From a bacterium (GTDB lineage Bacteria; SAR324; JACQKK01), in assembly GCA_965240465.1 (NCBI GenBank), contig OZ251219.1:640001-704000 (forward strand): 64,000 bases of DNA, in the 5' to 3' direction. The notes beneath the pieces were generated by a model that worked only from the letters and a program-made list of their open reading frames with translations, had not been told where the DNA came from and searched no databases. The first letter of the stretch is position 1, and the number at the start of each line of letters is the position of its first letter. Both the position numbers and the translations under genes were made by a program. Below, piece by piece: positions 9,322 to 19,584 of the stretch.

Positions 9322-10876
9322 CGATACTCAGAAACAGCTGATAGTGATCATCTCAGTGGTGGGGCTTATTGTGACGGCCAGTTCGTCGTTGGGAGCTCAG
9401 GAGAAGTATATGCACCTTCAGGGTCAAGCGAGGGTGTCCATCATAGGGGATGACCTAGTTAGTGCCAAGCAAGTGGCTCTCAAGCAGGCTAAGCAGCTAG
9501 CTCTTTGGCGAGCTATTAGGCGATTGGTGGCACCGTTTTGGTTAAAACGATTCAAGCAGGATATTCAGGCCAAGATTATTACTAATCCAGCCCAGTACAT
9601 AGTTTCTTTTCAAGCTACTTTGCTGGAGCCAACCCTCAACCGTACTCGTTATTTGGCAGATGTGGAAATACAAGCTGATCGTCTGCAGTTGGAAAGTGCT
9701 CTGAGGGATATTTCCCTGCCGTTGCTGTCGCAGCCCTTAAGGGTACTTCAGCCTCTATATGCCAAAAATGATAAGGCTCTTCAACACCCAGAAATTCTTG
9801 CTGACCTGATCCGGCAATTTTCTCGTAAGTTAAGCTTATTGCGATTTCAATTAGCTAAGCCCCGCCAGTTGTCGCAGAGTGAGATGAAACATGTCTTTCG
9901 GGCTTCATCAGACAAGGAACGGCACAAGATTTTGGATAATCAATTACAAAAGCCTCTCTTGCTGTTTATGTTTTCTGGTTCGGGTTTGCGGCGTCCAGCC
10001 CGTCTGGACCTGCTACTATTAACAGAACGCTCTGCCAGCATAGTGGCTCAGGAACAGGTCAAGCTTACTGAGACCCTAAAAATTGGGGAAAAACTTTCTG
10101 CTAGTCAAAGGAGTTTATTTCTGGACCAGCTTACCATTCCTCTGGCGACTGCCTTAGTGCTTAAAAATGTGAAACTGAATACTTCCCCAGCTACCTTAGC
10201 CAAACAACAGCCCCTGCAACTAGCGGTGATCGGATTGAAAAACCTAGCTGATGAAGAAGCCTTTCGGCAACTTTTTTTCTCGGCTGGAGGACTATTTGAG
10301 GGCTTTGCCCTGGCTAAGATCACGGCCCGTACCATCTTTTTTAGAGGAAATTATCGTGGTGAACCCGAAAATCTGCCCGCCCGCTTGAATAATCGCACCT
10401 TTGGCAGCTTTATTGTTAAAACAGCCCGACTGGATGATGATATGCTTAGCCTAAATCTTACTCGCAAGCAAACCCGGCGACATCTTTCCTTGACCGTCCT
10501 GGATAGCCAAACTTTCGCGGAAGTGGAAAATAATGGCTGGTTTGATTCTGCTAATCGCCTGCTACTAAGAACCACCATTAGTGGTGCCATCAATGCTCGT
10601 GCCGATGCTGATTTCTTTATTGGATCTGCCAAGGAATCGTTAACCATCATATGGCAGCGAGAGGGACGAACTCGCATTCAGCCGATAATTAGAATCTATG
10701 ACCGAAAAAGAAATTTACTGCTGCAAAAATATCTCTCTGCTAAGAATGTTAAATTCCAAACCCGATTACCAAAGGGATCAGGGAAATTTTATCTAGAGAT
10801 TGCCGACCGCTTTGGAAATATTGCAGAAGAAGTGGGAGGGTATCTCAATCTCAATTATCGCTTACAGGTTTTTTAG
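9296..10876 (+). CDS. Secreted protein with FlgT-N-like N-terminal domain
   Basis: GQARV.I.G.D...AK..AL..AK..AL pattern after a signal peptide; overlaps upstream stop. Confidence 0.55.
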   Translation: MSCVLMFASDTQKQLIVIISVVGLIVTASSSLGAQEKYMHLQGQARVSIIGDDLVSAKQVALKQAKQLALWRAIRRLVAPFWLKRFKQDIQAKIITNPAQYIVSFQATLLEPTLNRTRYLADVEIQADRLQLESALRDISLPLLSQPLRVLQPLYAKNDKALQHPEILADLIRQFSRKLSLLRFQLAKPRQLSQSEMKHVFRASSDKERHKILDNQLQKPLLLFMFSGSGLRRPARLDLLLLTERSASIVAQEQVKLTETLKIGEKLSASQRSLFLDQLTIPLATALVLKNVKLNTSPATLAKQQPLQLAVIGLKNLADEEAFRQLFFSAGGLFEGFALAKITARTIFFRGNYRGEPENLPARLNNRTFGSFIVKTARLDDDMLSLNLTRKQTRRHLSLTVLDSQTFAEVENNGWFDSANRLLLRTTISGAINARADADFFIGSAKESLTIIWQREGRTRIQPIIRIYDRKRNLLLQKYLSAKNVKFQTRLPKGSGKFYLEIADRFGNIAEEVGGYLNLNYRLQVF

Positions 10877-10913
10877 AACAGTAGCATTCGGTTACCCGGT
10901 GATTTTTTCTGAT

Positions 10914-11573
10914 ATGAAAACTATTTCTCCTAATTATGAAGTTAATCGTCTGGTTAAGGGAGAGGCTTGGCGATTATTTCGCATACTCTCTGAATTTGTA
11001 GAGGGGTTTGACTTAATGCCACAAGAAGCGGGGGTTACTGTTTATGGTGGTGCTCGCGTTTTGGGTGATCATCCTTATTATCAGCTGGGTTTTGAGGTAG
11101 GCAAGCGTCTGGCGGAATCGGGATATAGCGTGATAACTGGCGGCGGGCCGGGGCTCATGGAAGCTGCTAATCGTGGTGCTATGGAAGCGGGTGGTTCTTC
11201 GATTGGTTTGAACATTCATTTACCTGATGAACAAAAACCTAATCCCTACTTAACCCACAGTCTTAATTTCCGCTATTTCTTTGTGCGTAAGGTGATGTTG
11301 ATAAATTATGCTTGTGCCTTTGTACTGTTGCCCGGCGGCTTTGGCACCATGGATGAATTTTTTGAAACCATCACCCTGATTCAAACTCACAAGATACGTC
11401 CCTTTCCCATAATATTGCTGGGAAGCGAATATTGGGGTGGGTTGGTGGAGTGGATGAAAAAAAACATGCTAGCCAATGATTTGCTTACCTCAGAAGACCT
11501 AGGGCTGTTTCAGATCAGTGACGATGTGGAAGAAGTCTTGGAGATCATCCAGAAGCACCACCAGCCGTTGTGA
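10914..11573 (+). CDS. LOG-family (TIGR00730-type) Rossmann-fold protein
   Basis: ITGGGPGLMEAANRGA, FRYFFVRKVML, PGGFGTMDEFFE. Confidence 0.92.
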   Translation: MKTISPNYEVNRLVKGEAWRLFRILSEFVEGFDLMPQEAGVTVYGGARVLGDHPYYQLGFEVGKRLAESGYSVITGGGPGLMEAANRGAMEAGGSSIGLNIHLPDEQKPNPYLTHSLNFRYFFVRKVMLINYACAFVLLPGGFGTMDEFFETITLIQTHKIRPFPIILLGSEYWGGLVEWMKKNMLANDLLTSEDLGLFQISDDVEEVLEIIQKHHQPL

Positions 11574-11657
11574 ATCAATGAGTTTGGTTTAGTCAGAGTT
11601 GCGAGTTTTTTTTAAAGGAAGCCAGATTCTTAGAGAATGTGCTAACTGAGAATCCTT

Positions 11658-12398
11658 ATGATTGAATTTCGCAAGATAGTAATACGTTTTGGTGAGCACA
11701 TTGTGCTCAACAAGCTTGATATGCACATTCCCGAAAGCCAAGTGACCGTAGTGATGGGAGGTTCAGGGCAGGGTAAATCTACCATTCTCAAGGTAATAAT
11801 GGGTTTTATCCATCCAGCAGAAGGGCAGATTTTCATTGATGGAGAGGAAGTGACGTTTCTCAAGACCCATCAGAGATTAGAAGTGCTTAAGAAATTAGGG
11901 ATGTCCTTTCAGTATTCGGCTTTGTTTGATTCAATGAGTGTGTATGAGAATTGTGCCTTCCCCCTGCGAGAGCACACCAAATTGAAGGAGCCAGAGATCG
12001 CTACTAAGGTGGAGGAAACTTTATCCCGCTTAGGACTGCCGGATATCGGCAATAAATTACCGGGAGAGCTTTCTGGGGGGATGAAAAAAAGGGTGGGAGT
12101 GGCTCGTGCCATTATGCTGCAGCCGAAGATCATGCTCTTTGATGAACCTGAGTCTGGCTTAGACCCGATCACCACTACTTCCATAGGGAATTTAATCATG
12201 GAAATGTGCAATGAGTTTGGGATCACCTGCATGGTTATTTCTCACCATGTACCTAATAGCATGATGATTGCCAACAAGGTTTGTATGTTGTACCAGGGGC
12301 AGATTGTGGCAGAAGGTAGTCCTGAACAAATGAAGAAAAATCCCAACCTCATCTGGCAGCAGTTCCTGCACGGACGCACCGAGGGACCCCATCAGTAG
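11658..12398 (+). CDS. mlaF: ABC transporter ATP-binding protein, MlaF/Mkl type
   Basis: Walker A GGSGQGKS, FQYSALFDSMSVYEN, LSGGMKKRV, Walker B MLFDEP, SGLDPIT. Confidence 0.85.
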   Translation: MIEFRKIVIRFGEHIVLNKLDMHIPESQVTVVMGGSGQGKSTILKVIMGFIHPAEGQIFIDGEEVTFLKTHQRLEVLKKLGMSFQYSALFDSMSVYENCAFPLREHTKLKEPEIATKVEETLSRLGLPDIGNKLPGELSGGMKKRVGVARAIMLQPKIMLFDEPESGLDPITTTSIGNLIMEMCNEFGITCMVISHHVPNSMMIANKVCMLYQGQIVAEGSPEQMKKNPNLIWQQFLHGRTEGPHQ

Positions 12399-12431
12399 CC
12401 ATATTGTTATAACGGTGTCTTTTAGACGAAT

Positions 12432-12456
12432 AAAAAATTTGACGGGGTTGCCAAAA
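12432..12456 (-). terminator. Weak intrinsic terminator downstream of tRNA-Ser
   Basis: Minus strand TTTGGC-AACCCC-GTCAAA stem-loop followed by TTTTTT. Confidence 0.45.
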
Positions 12457-12463
12457 TTGAGAA

Positions 12464-12551
12464 CGGAGAGAGAGGGATTCGAACCCTCGGTGCGCTTTTG
12501 ACACACACACGCTTTCCAGGCGTGCACCTTCAGCCACTCGGTCACCTCTCC
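12464..12551 (-). tRNA. tRNA-Ser(GGA), long variable arm, CCA not encoded
   Basis: GGAGAGGTGACCGAGTGGCTGAAGGTGCACGCCTGGAAAGCGTG...GAGGGTTCGAATCCCTCTCTCTCCG; starts 8 nt after the stop of the upstream ORF. Confidence 0.96.
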
Positions 12552-12559
12552 GTGATGGA

Positions 12560-13060
12560 TTATGGCAAGGGAAATGAGATTTCTCTTTTCAAAAATTTTA
12601 TCCGATGGATATCTCGTAAGAGTATTCTATCATTGCCCAGGATTGTTTTGCCATAAAACTTGCTGTGGCGGTCTATGTTCATCACCAGAACATCGCCCTT
12701 GCTTAGAATTACCTTGATCTGAATGAGATCGCCGTACTCATCATTTTCAGCGACAACACGCTCTAGAGAACGCAAAGAGGCAAATGGTAAGCTTATCGGG
12801 ATATTATTGTACTGAACCTCTAAGAAAACATTTCTTTCCCAAGTTAATTGTTCAATTTTTATCAGCTTACCATTATTATTCTCCAGCAAGACATGGAAGT
12901 TTTGTTTGGGGGTGTGAATTCTATCTTCAGCAGATTTATAACCGCTTTTACCTACCACGGATTTGGAACCGCTCGGTCCGCCTAAAAAAACCAGACTGAG
13001 AAGCAAGCAAATCCCCCCTAGCTGTTGCCAACGACCGCAATTTTTCAATAAAAGAAACAC
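12560..13060 (-). CDS. Hypothetical exported protein
   Basis: 166-aa ORF with N-terminal hydrophobic segment; fills the gap in the same orientation as its neighbours. Confidence 0.6.
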   Translation of the reverse strand: MFLLLKNCGRWQQLGGICLLLSLVFLGGPSGSKSVVGKSGYKSAEDRIHTPKQNFHVLLENNNGKLIKIEQLTWERNVFLEVQYNNIPISLPFASLRSLERVVAENDEYGDLIQIKVILSKGDVLVMNIDRHSKFYGKTILGNDRILLRDIHRIKFLKREISFPLP

Positions 13061-13154
13061 GATATCCTGCTAGTAGAAGTTAAATTCACCTATATATTTT
13101 GGTATTCAACTTGCTTTTTCCTCGGCTGTCAAATATTTTTGTCTCTGGCATTGG

Positions 13155-13244
13155 CAAAACCGATGAATAAGCCAAAACCGATGAATAAGCCAAAACCGAT
13201 GAATAAGCCAAAACCGATGAATAAGCCAAAACCGATGAATAAGC
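13155..13244. repeat. Perfect tandem repeat, 5 x 18 bp (CAAAACCGATGAATAAGC), intergenic
   Basis: Read directly; about 20 nt past the stop of 13264-14769. Confidence 0.95.
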
Positions 13245-13263
13245 ACTGAGCATTGTGTTACTC

Positions 13264-14769
13264 TCAGTAGGCAAATTGCTTTGCTGTTATGGGCGATTGT
13301 GCAGTATCTATTGTTGTAACTGCGTGCGGGGTACAAGTAAGATTTCCATTGCCCGCCTCTAGGTCGTACTTGGCTTGGATGCTACTGCCATCGGCACTCA
13401 ATTTTGCCAGTTTGGCGTCGCCATAGCCACCCAAGGCAGCAAAATGTCCCTGTTGAGTGCTAAAGAGCGGACCGGTTAATTTTAATTGATGAGGGTCGTT
13501 TGCAAGCGTGCCAGTGCTTAGGTCAAGCACTCTGATAAAATCATCGTCATAGGTGAACACCCAAGCCCGATCACCTTGGGGTGCCAGAGATATACCAGTA
13601 GGGTCACAACCAAGGCGGTCTAGGCGGTCTTCTTTGGCAGGGCAGTCGCTAGTAGTGGCTAGGGCTATTTCTTGGATAATATCATTGCTGGAATCAGCAT
13701 CGGCTAATAGGGCAGTGTTTATTTGCTGCAGACTACCGGGCTGACCGCCATAATTCACAAAGCCTCCGCTGCGGACTATCCATAAACTCTGCTCATGCAG
13801 CAGCATAGGCCAGGGGGGTGATATTCCCAGCTGCACCAAAGCTTTTAATTGCGGACGATGTTGGCTATCTGGCTGCAGTACCAACAACCATCCTGAACGG
13901 TACTCGCCATTCCAATTATTTACCAGAGCATAAACGCAGGAACCATCAAAGGAAGGGCAATCGGCATCCCAAATGAATCCTAATAAGCTGGTGAGCTTTT
14001 CATCATTGCGTTTTTCGGCTGAGACTAAATCTGTCAAAGAATGAAAGGATTCTTGCTCCAATCGCTCCAAATTGACTACCGAAATGCCCACCGTGGCAAA
14101 ATTATCATGACTATCACCTCGCAGAGCCACCCAGCCCCATTCAGAAAAGGCAGTCGGAGTTTTAGGCAGGATCAGCAATTGATTGGGATTGCTATTGGCA
14201 GGAAAGCCAATCTGTCCCTCGGGTAGCAAGGTTTGGGGAGAAAAACGCTGCAATAAATTTTTCCCCTCCCCTTTACCGCCAACCCGAGATAGATAGTAAC
14301 CCGAGTTATCATCAAACCAAGGCCCGACAGGATCCATCAAGATATGACGATTTTCTTCAGGAAGGTGAATGTTATTTTCTAGGTCAAAGACGGTCAAGCT
14401 GTGTCCTAGATTGGTGATGCAAAACAAGTGTTCCCCAGGGGAAATGTTAGCTGGGGGAAAAGATTTTTCCCTGACTGCTTCACCAGGTCGGGGTGCTTCT
14501 GAGCAGCTGATCAGGACTAGCAACAGACCTGCCCGCCAGAGACCCGCCTGCCAGAGACCCGCCTGCCAGTAACTCGCCCGCCGACCACTCTTAACATTGG
14601 TGATCCAGCTTAATATACGCCTTAAGTTTAGCTGCTTAACCCAAATCTTAGGCATAGTGACTTCTTGGTCGTTGTTTATTCCTAAAAAACTGCTCGCCCA
14701 TTCTGCGGCTGTGACCTTTAATTGGCAAGTACGTTTTTTTTTGTCTACATTGCTGACATTTTTAATCAT
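13264..14769 (-). CDS. Putative lipoprotein with beta-propeller-like (YncE-like) fold
   Basis: LLLVLISC lipobox; TNL...LTVFDL, SNPNQL, DPTGISL..D.AWV propeller-like blades; true start probably downstream of 14769. Confidence 0.6.
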   Translation of the reverse strand: MIKNVSNVDKKKRTCQLKVTAAEWASSFLGINNDQEVTMPKIWVKQLNLRRILSWITNVKSGRRASYWQAGLWQAGLWRAGLLLVLISCSEAPRPGEAVREKSFPPANISPGEHLFCITNLGHSLTVFDLENNIHLPEENRHILMDPVGPWFDDNSGYYLSRVGGKGEGKNLLQRFSPQTLLPEGQIGFPANSNPNQLLILPKTPTAFSEWGWVALRGDSHDNFATVGISVVNLERLEQESFHSLTDLVSAEKRNDEKLTSLLGFIWDADCPSFDGSCVYALVNNWNGEYRSGWLLVLQPDSQHRPQLKALVQLGISPPWPMLLHEQSLWIVRSGGFVNYGGQPGSLQQINTALLADADSSNDIIQEIALATTSDCPAKEDRLDRLGCDPTGISLAPQGDRAWVFTYDDDFIRVLDLSTGTLANDPHQLKLTGPLFSTQQGHFAALGGYGDAKLAKLSADGSSIQAKYDLEAGNGNLTCTPHAVTTIDTAQSPITAKQFAY

Positions 14770-14885
14770 TCATAAGTACTTTTTTATTTTATAGCCAGCC
14801 TGAGAATTTTAGCAGATATGTTATCAATGGAGGGAATGGCAGGTTATCATAGCTGGCAAGTTTTTGGATTTTCTACGGTTTTTTT

Positions 14886-15713
14886 GTGTTTTCAATGAAT
14901 GTTTCGCCGACCATTTCTATTACCATAACTGGTCATAATGAGGCTGATTTACTAGCTCGGGCTTTTGAGTCGGTAGCTTGGGCAGATGAGATAATCTATG
15001 TGGATTGTGAGAGCAATGATGATTCGGTTGCGATTGCTCGCCGGTATACTAAGCGGGTTTATCGTCGTAGTAACAACTTAAATTTGAATGTGAACAAGGC
15101 TTATGCCTTAGAAAGAGCCAGCGGGGATTGGATTTTTTACCTGGACCCAGATGAGCAGATAAGTCCCGCTTTGGCTAAGGAGATTCGGCAGGTGATTTCT
15201 AGTCGGACTGCTAAGAATGGCTTTTCTTTGCCTCGCCGCAACTATTATTTTGGTTATTGGTTAAGACATGGAGGGCAATATCCCGATACCCAGTTGCGTT
15301 TATTGCGTCGCGGGAAGGGGTATTTTCCTTGTCATCATGTGCATGAGAAGCTCAAGGTGCAGGGGGAGGTAGGGGGTTTAAGGGAGGCATTGGATCATTA
15401 CACTGTAGCTACTCCATTGGTATCTCTGAGCAAGGTAGATTTTTTCTCTACCTTTGATGCATGTTTGATGGTGCAAGAGAACAAGCGTCCGGGCATTTGG
15501 ATGGCATTTAGTTATTGTTTTTCTAAGCCTTTGGGTCGTTTTAGTAGGCGTTGGTTGTTTGGGGCCGGATTTTTGGATGGCTGGCCGGGTTTTTTGCAGG
15601 CATTGGCGGGGGCTTTGGATTTTCCAATGCGATTCATCAAATTTTGGTGGTTTTTTCATCACCCAGAAGAGATGCCCTTGGGTTTCAAGGAGGGTGGAGT
15701 TAGGCAGGGTTAG
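14886..15713 (+). CDS. Glycosyltransferase family 2 (LPS-core WaaE/KdtX-like)
   Basis: WADEIIYVDCES.D, DWIFYLDPDE, YPDTQLRL, HVHE, GFLDGWPG. Confidence 0.88.
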   Translation: MFSMNVSPTISITITGHNEADLLARAFESVAWADEIIYVDCESNDDSVAIARRYTKRVYRRSNNLNLNVNKAYALERASGDWIFYLDPDEQISPALAKEIRQVISSRTAKNGFSLPRRNYYFGYWLRHGGQYPDTQLRLLRRGKGYFPCHHVHEKLKVQGEVGGLREALDHYTVATPLVSLSKVDFFSTFDACLMVQENKRPGIWMAFSYCFSKPLGRFSRRWLFGAGFLDGWPGFLQALAGALDFPMRFIKFWWFFHHPEEMPLGFKEGGVRQG

Positions 15714-15780
15714 GCGGAGTTAGGCGGAGTTAGGCAGGGTTAGGCAGGGTTAGGCGGAGTTAGGCAGGGTTAGGCGGAGT
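15701..15780. repeat. 8 x 10 bp two-variant tandem array (TAGGCAGGGT / TAGGCGGAGT, order ABBAABAB) spanning the stop codon
   Basis: Read directly. Confidence 0.95.
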
Positions 15781-15852
15781 TTTACTGGTGTGACAGGATG
15801 AGGGGTTAAGTTTTAGTTGTCGGGGGTGGACGATGGGTAGGAATTTGGGAGT

Positions 15853-17520
15853 TTAGGTGGTTTCAGGGCAGATTTCTTCTTTTGTTTTGCTATTTTTTTG
15901 GCAGGTTGGAAAGATGTGGTCTTCAAAGAGCGTTTTCACCAGCTGTTTTTCTTGATCATCCAGGTAGAAGAAATCTACTCCGCGGTCGGTTATTTCCCAG
16001 AATTTTTTGGAACTGACCGCCATAATTTCATTAAGGATGGCTTCCATGCGTTCTTTAGGTTCTATGCTAAGGTCATCGATGATTTGTTGTAGTAGATTGT
16101 ATTCTTTATGAGCCAGCATGAAGCTGGCTAGGCTTATTTGAGCTTTACGTACACTGCGTAGATCAAATTCGTTGGCACGGGTACTGGGGTTATCATCTAC
16201 TTCTAGGAATGTTTTTAGCAATTTATCCAGGGAGGAGGATTTTAAGTGATAAGCTCTTTTAAGAATAGAAGCTAGATCAAAGCAGACGGTAATAAGGATC
16301 AGGGGGATATTATAGTTTTGGGCGGTTTGGCCGTAGAATTTGAAGTAAAAAGCGATTTTTTCTGCTAGTTCTGCATCAGATTCCAGTATTTCTTCGGCTA
16401 GCAGACGGTATTGATAAAGAATGTTGTAAATCGCCTTAGGGTTACGAGCATTCAATGAATGACGCAAAAAGGTATTAAAGAATTGCACTGCATCGTTGAG
16501 GACTTGTCGGTCTTCCAGCAGAATGGCGTAGTGTCCCATTATGCGGGTATTGTTGGCGATGGCACTGACGACATCGGGCATTTGCTGGACTGCACTCTTA
16601 AAGACCAAGTCCATGTCCATAAAGCCTCGCAGTTCCAGCCAGTTGTTTCCTTGTGATATTTCATCAAAGAAGTCAGAAGAGATAGCTGGGAAGTGTTTTT
16701 TTTCAGGCTTGAACCATTTTTTGGGCATGCGTTTTTTGATGAGCATATGGTCAATCATAACATCGCGTAAGGATCGCAAGCTGAGCAAAGCCACATTACG
16801 GTCGGTTTGAGATACAGCACTGAGAGCGATGTCGGTGATTTGTTCGGTAGCATTAGCAGCGTTTTCTTGGTGTTGTTTTAGTCCTCCCCAGCGGGAGGCT
16901 TTTTTCATGGAGCGTAGGGCATTGCGTCTCAGTGTTATAAGGATGTTGGCAGGGGTAAGAAAGCGAAAAACATAGGAGAAATAAGGCAATAAGAGGATCA
17001 TCACCAAGATGCTTAAAGCTACTAATGATAAGGCTCCCCAAAATGGAAAAACCCCAGAATTAACGGAATAAATAACCAGCACGCTATACATGCTAGTGAC
17101 CACCATCAGGGTGAAATACCCAATGTTAATCCGATCTGCTACAAAGAGCTCCACCAATTTTGGCGTATAACGCTGAGAGGCTAACTGAACCACAATCGCG
17201 ACCACGGTGATCACCAAACCTAACAAAGCCACTACCACCTCTGCCATTCCCCCGATCGCATCGGTGACACGATCCGACTCAGCTAGTACAAATAGCTCCG
17301 CAAAGGACCTTATTCCAGTGAACGATACGACATCGGCAAAGCGAACACCTACATGCAACACTGCCACCAATAAAGACACCAATAAAATAGGGAAGATCCA
17401 AGAACCAAACATGGTACCCTTGTGTGGTCCCCATTCATCAACATCTTCGCTCTGCCGCAACTGCTCCAGTTGATGCAGTCTATCTTCTAGGGGCATTGAA
17501 TCTTTTTTAGATTTTTCCAA
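15853..17520 (-). CDS. DUF2254-like membrane protein
   Basis: TVVAIVVQLASQRYTPKLVELF plus several TM helices, then a helical cytoplasmic region. Confidence 0.7.
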   Translation of the reverse strand: MEKSKKDSMPLEDRLHQLEQLRQSEDVDEWGPHKGTMFGSWIFPILLVSLLVAVLHVGVRFADVVSFTGIRSFAELFVLAESDRVTDAIGGMAEVVVALLGLVITVVAIVVQLASQRYTPKLVELFVADRINIGYFTLMVVTSMYSVLVIYSVNSGVFPFWGALSLVALSILVMILLLPYFSYVFRFLTPANILITLRRNALRSMKKASRWGGLKQHQENAANATEQITDIALSAVSQTDRNVALLSLRSLRDVMIDHMLIKKRMPKKWFKPEKKHFPAISSDFFDEISQGNNWLELRGFMDMDLVFKSAVQQMPDVVSAIANNTRIMGHYAILLEDRQVLNDAVQFFNTFLRHSLNARNPKAIYNILYQYRLLAEEILESDAELAEKIAFYFKFYGQTAQNYNIPLILITVCFDLASILKRAYHLKSSSLDKLLKTFLEVDDNPSTRANEFDLRSVRKAQISLASFMLAHKEYNLLQQIIDDLSIEPKERMEAILNEIMAVSSKKFWEITDRGVDFFYLDDQEKQLVKTLFEDHIFPTCQKNSKTKEEICPETT

Positions 17521-17749
17521 GGTGTTTTTCTCTCCTCTGGCAAAAATAAATTAAAAGAGGTCTCAGCTCTTTTTTGTCCGTTCCAGCTAATCTTGGGGAT
17601 TACTGGCATAGGTACGTTTTCTGGAACTTAAACAACCCGACCATGCTAACACATTAATACTGAATGGGTTATCTTGAGCTAGGTTTTACCTCGGCAGGTT
17701 AATTTTAAGTCTCGTTTTAGCAGGTAATTTTTTATACAAGTAAAATGCT

Positions 17750-18628
17750 GTGCCTATCTTTGGTTCAAATCTTTTTTATTTTACCTCCAATAAGAAGAAT
17801 GCTCCTATTTCTTCAGCATCTGGGGCAAGTTTTTCTCCATGGAGATCCTATAATATATTCCCGCTCAATTTGTATACCGCTTGGCTACGCTTTCGCCTGA
17901 GGCACGAGAAATGTCCTGATCACGTGGGACTTATCTTGGATGGAAACCGTCGTTTTGCTGCCAGTCAGAAATTAGAAAAAGCTTGGATGGGACATGCCAT
18001 CGGGGCTCGCAAGGTGGAAAAAGTAATAGAATGGCTACGTTTGACAGGGGTACGGGTGGTGTCTATTTGGGTTTTTTCCTTGGAAAACTTTCACCGAACA
18101 CCCGAAGAAGTGGCAGTACTGATGCAACTCTTTGAAAGTGAGATCGCCAATTTAGCTAAAAGCCCCAAGCTTGAGCAACATGGAATTTGCGTGCGGGCAT
18201 TTGGCGTGTTGGAAGCTCTGCCTCCACAACTGTGCCAAGCCCTTAAAAAAATTGAAGCGGACACCCAACACCATAAAAATTTCTTTCTCAATATAGGAAT
18301 CGCCTATAGCGGTCAGCAGGAAATTGTCCATGCAGTTCAAACTTGGCTGAATACCCAAGCCCAAAAACCTAACCCCCCCTCTCTCAAAGCCGCCGCGGCC
18401 GCTCTGTCTCCCGAAACACTTTCCCAACACCTCTATAACGCCAAACTGCCCAATCCAGACCTCATCATTCGCACCAGCGGCGAGCAACGTACCTCAGGCT
18501 TTCTCCTCTGGCAAAGTGCCTATGCAGAATACTACTTTTGTCCCGCTAACTGGCCAGAATTCCAAGAACATCAACTACTAAAAGCCCTCTTGGCATACGC
18601 CAAAAGGCAAAGAAGATTCGGATGCTAA
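17750..18628 (+). CDS. uppS: cis-prenyltransferase (undecaprenyl/isoprenyl diphosphate synthase)
   Basis: PDHVGLILDGNRRFA, FSLENFHR, PDLIIRTSGEQRTSGFLLWQSAYAE, RRFG; start uncertain. Confidence 0.88.
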   Translation: MPIFGSNLFYFTSNKKNAPISSASGASFSPWRSYNIFPLNLYTAWLRFRLRHEKCPDHVGLILDGNRRFAASQKLEKAWMGHAIGARKVEKVIEWLRLTGVRVVSIWVFSLENFHRTPEEVAVLMQLFESEIANLAKSPKLEQHGICVRAFGVLEALPPQLCQALKKIEADTQHHKNFFLNIGIAYSGQQEIVHAVQTWLNTQAQKPNPPSLKAAAAALSPETLSQHLYNAKLPNPDLIIRTSGEQRTSGFLLWQSAYAEYYFCPANWPEFQEHQLLKALLAYAKRQRRFGC

Positions 18629-18670
18629 AAAATCCAGCCCACCGCAAATCTATTGAAAAACCTATCGCAT

Positions 18671-18796
18671 CACAAACCCACTGCACCGAACCCCACTGCA
18701 CCGAAACCCACACAAACCTACACAAACCCACCGAAACCCACACAAACCCACCGAAACCCACACAAACCCACCGAAACCCACCGCACCGAAAACCCA
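18671..18796. repeat. C/A-rich tandem array, core 8 x 10 bp (CCGAAACCCA / CACAAACCCA) at 18701-18780
   Basis: Read directly; between convergent uppS and rplI. Confidence 0.9.
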
Positions 18797-18836
18797 GCTC
18801 TGCGGTCGGGAAAAGATCAGAAAGGGAGATGGCTCT

Positions 18837-19490
18837 TTAGGAAGAAATATCGGGGGAGGCAGCTTTATTTTTTTCTGTTTTGTCAGTATCAGGTGATGCT
18901 GCGATTGAATCTGTGGCAGTTGAATCTGTAGCGGGGGCATCCGTGGCTGGGGGAGCTGCTACTTTTTGGTTTAATTCTTGTGCAGGAAGGGGCGAGGATT
19001 TTTCTGGTTGTTTTTTGGGATCATCAGGGGCGGGCAGTTTTTCTTCTGGCTCTACCTTTAAGTTGAGTTCCACCCGTACCTGACTATGTAGTTTGATGAT
19101 GAAGATGTGATTGCCAAGGTGGCGAATAGGTTTGGGCAGGGAAATATGGCGTCGGTCAATGGAATGCCCTAGTAATTCCAGTTGAGTACTGATTTCCCGA
19201 TTGGTGATGGAGCCGAAGAGCTTGCCAGTTTTTCCAGCCTTAGCATTTATTTTGAGTTCTAGTTGTGCTACGGTTTCGGTTTGGGTTTGAGCACTTTCAA
19301 TTGCGGTTTGGCGAAGTTTTTCCAAGTACAGACGGCGATGCTTGTATTCAGCGGCGTTTTTGCGATTAGCAGCGATAGCTAATCCTTTGGGGATGAGGTA
19401 ATTACGTGCATAACCGCCCTTGACTACTAGCTCATCGCCTAAGGAGCCTAAGTTGGGAACATCTTTGGTGAGGATGATTTGATAATTCAT
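18837..19490 (-). CDS. rplI: 50S ribosomal protein L9 with about 65-aa low-complexity C-terminal tail
   Basis: IILTKDVPNLGSLGD.V.VKGGYARNYLIPKGLA; GKLFGSIT. Confidence 0.95.
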   Translation of the reverse strand: MNYQIILTKDVPNLGSLGDELVVKGGYARNYLIPKGLAIAANRKNAAEYKHRRLYLEKLRQTAIESAQTQTETVAQLELKINAKAGKTGKLFGSITNREISTQLELLGHSIDRRHISLPKPIRHLGNHIFIIKLHSQVRVELNLKVEPEEKLPAPDDPKKQPEKSSPLPAQELNQKVAAPPATDAPATDSTATDSIAASPDTDKTEKNKAASPDISS

Positions 19491-19584
19491 AGCTGGCGGA
19501 AGGGTTTATTCAACGATGGTTATAGGAGGGCGTGAGGCAGGGGAGTATATGCTTTAACAGGAGAGCAGCAGGGATTTGGGTTCA

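Noticed and set aside
12399-12463. Prophage or island integration at the tRNA-Ser 3' end
   Set aside because: No integrase and no duplicated tRNA 3' end seen in the window
12192-12545. ORFs overlapping the tRNA
   Set aside because: Translations of tRNA-Ser and antisense mlaF
13155-13244. 18-bp repeats as plasmid iterons, or the short ORFs across them as genes
   Set aside because: No rep gene or origin context; the ORFs are just translations of the repeat
15701-15780. TTAGGC/TTAGGG-like telomeric repeat or eukaryotic contamination
   Set aside because: Unit is 10 bp and continuous with the 3' end of a bacterial gene
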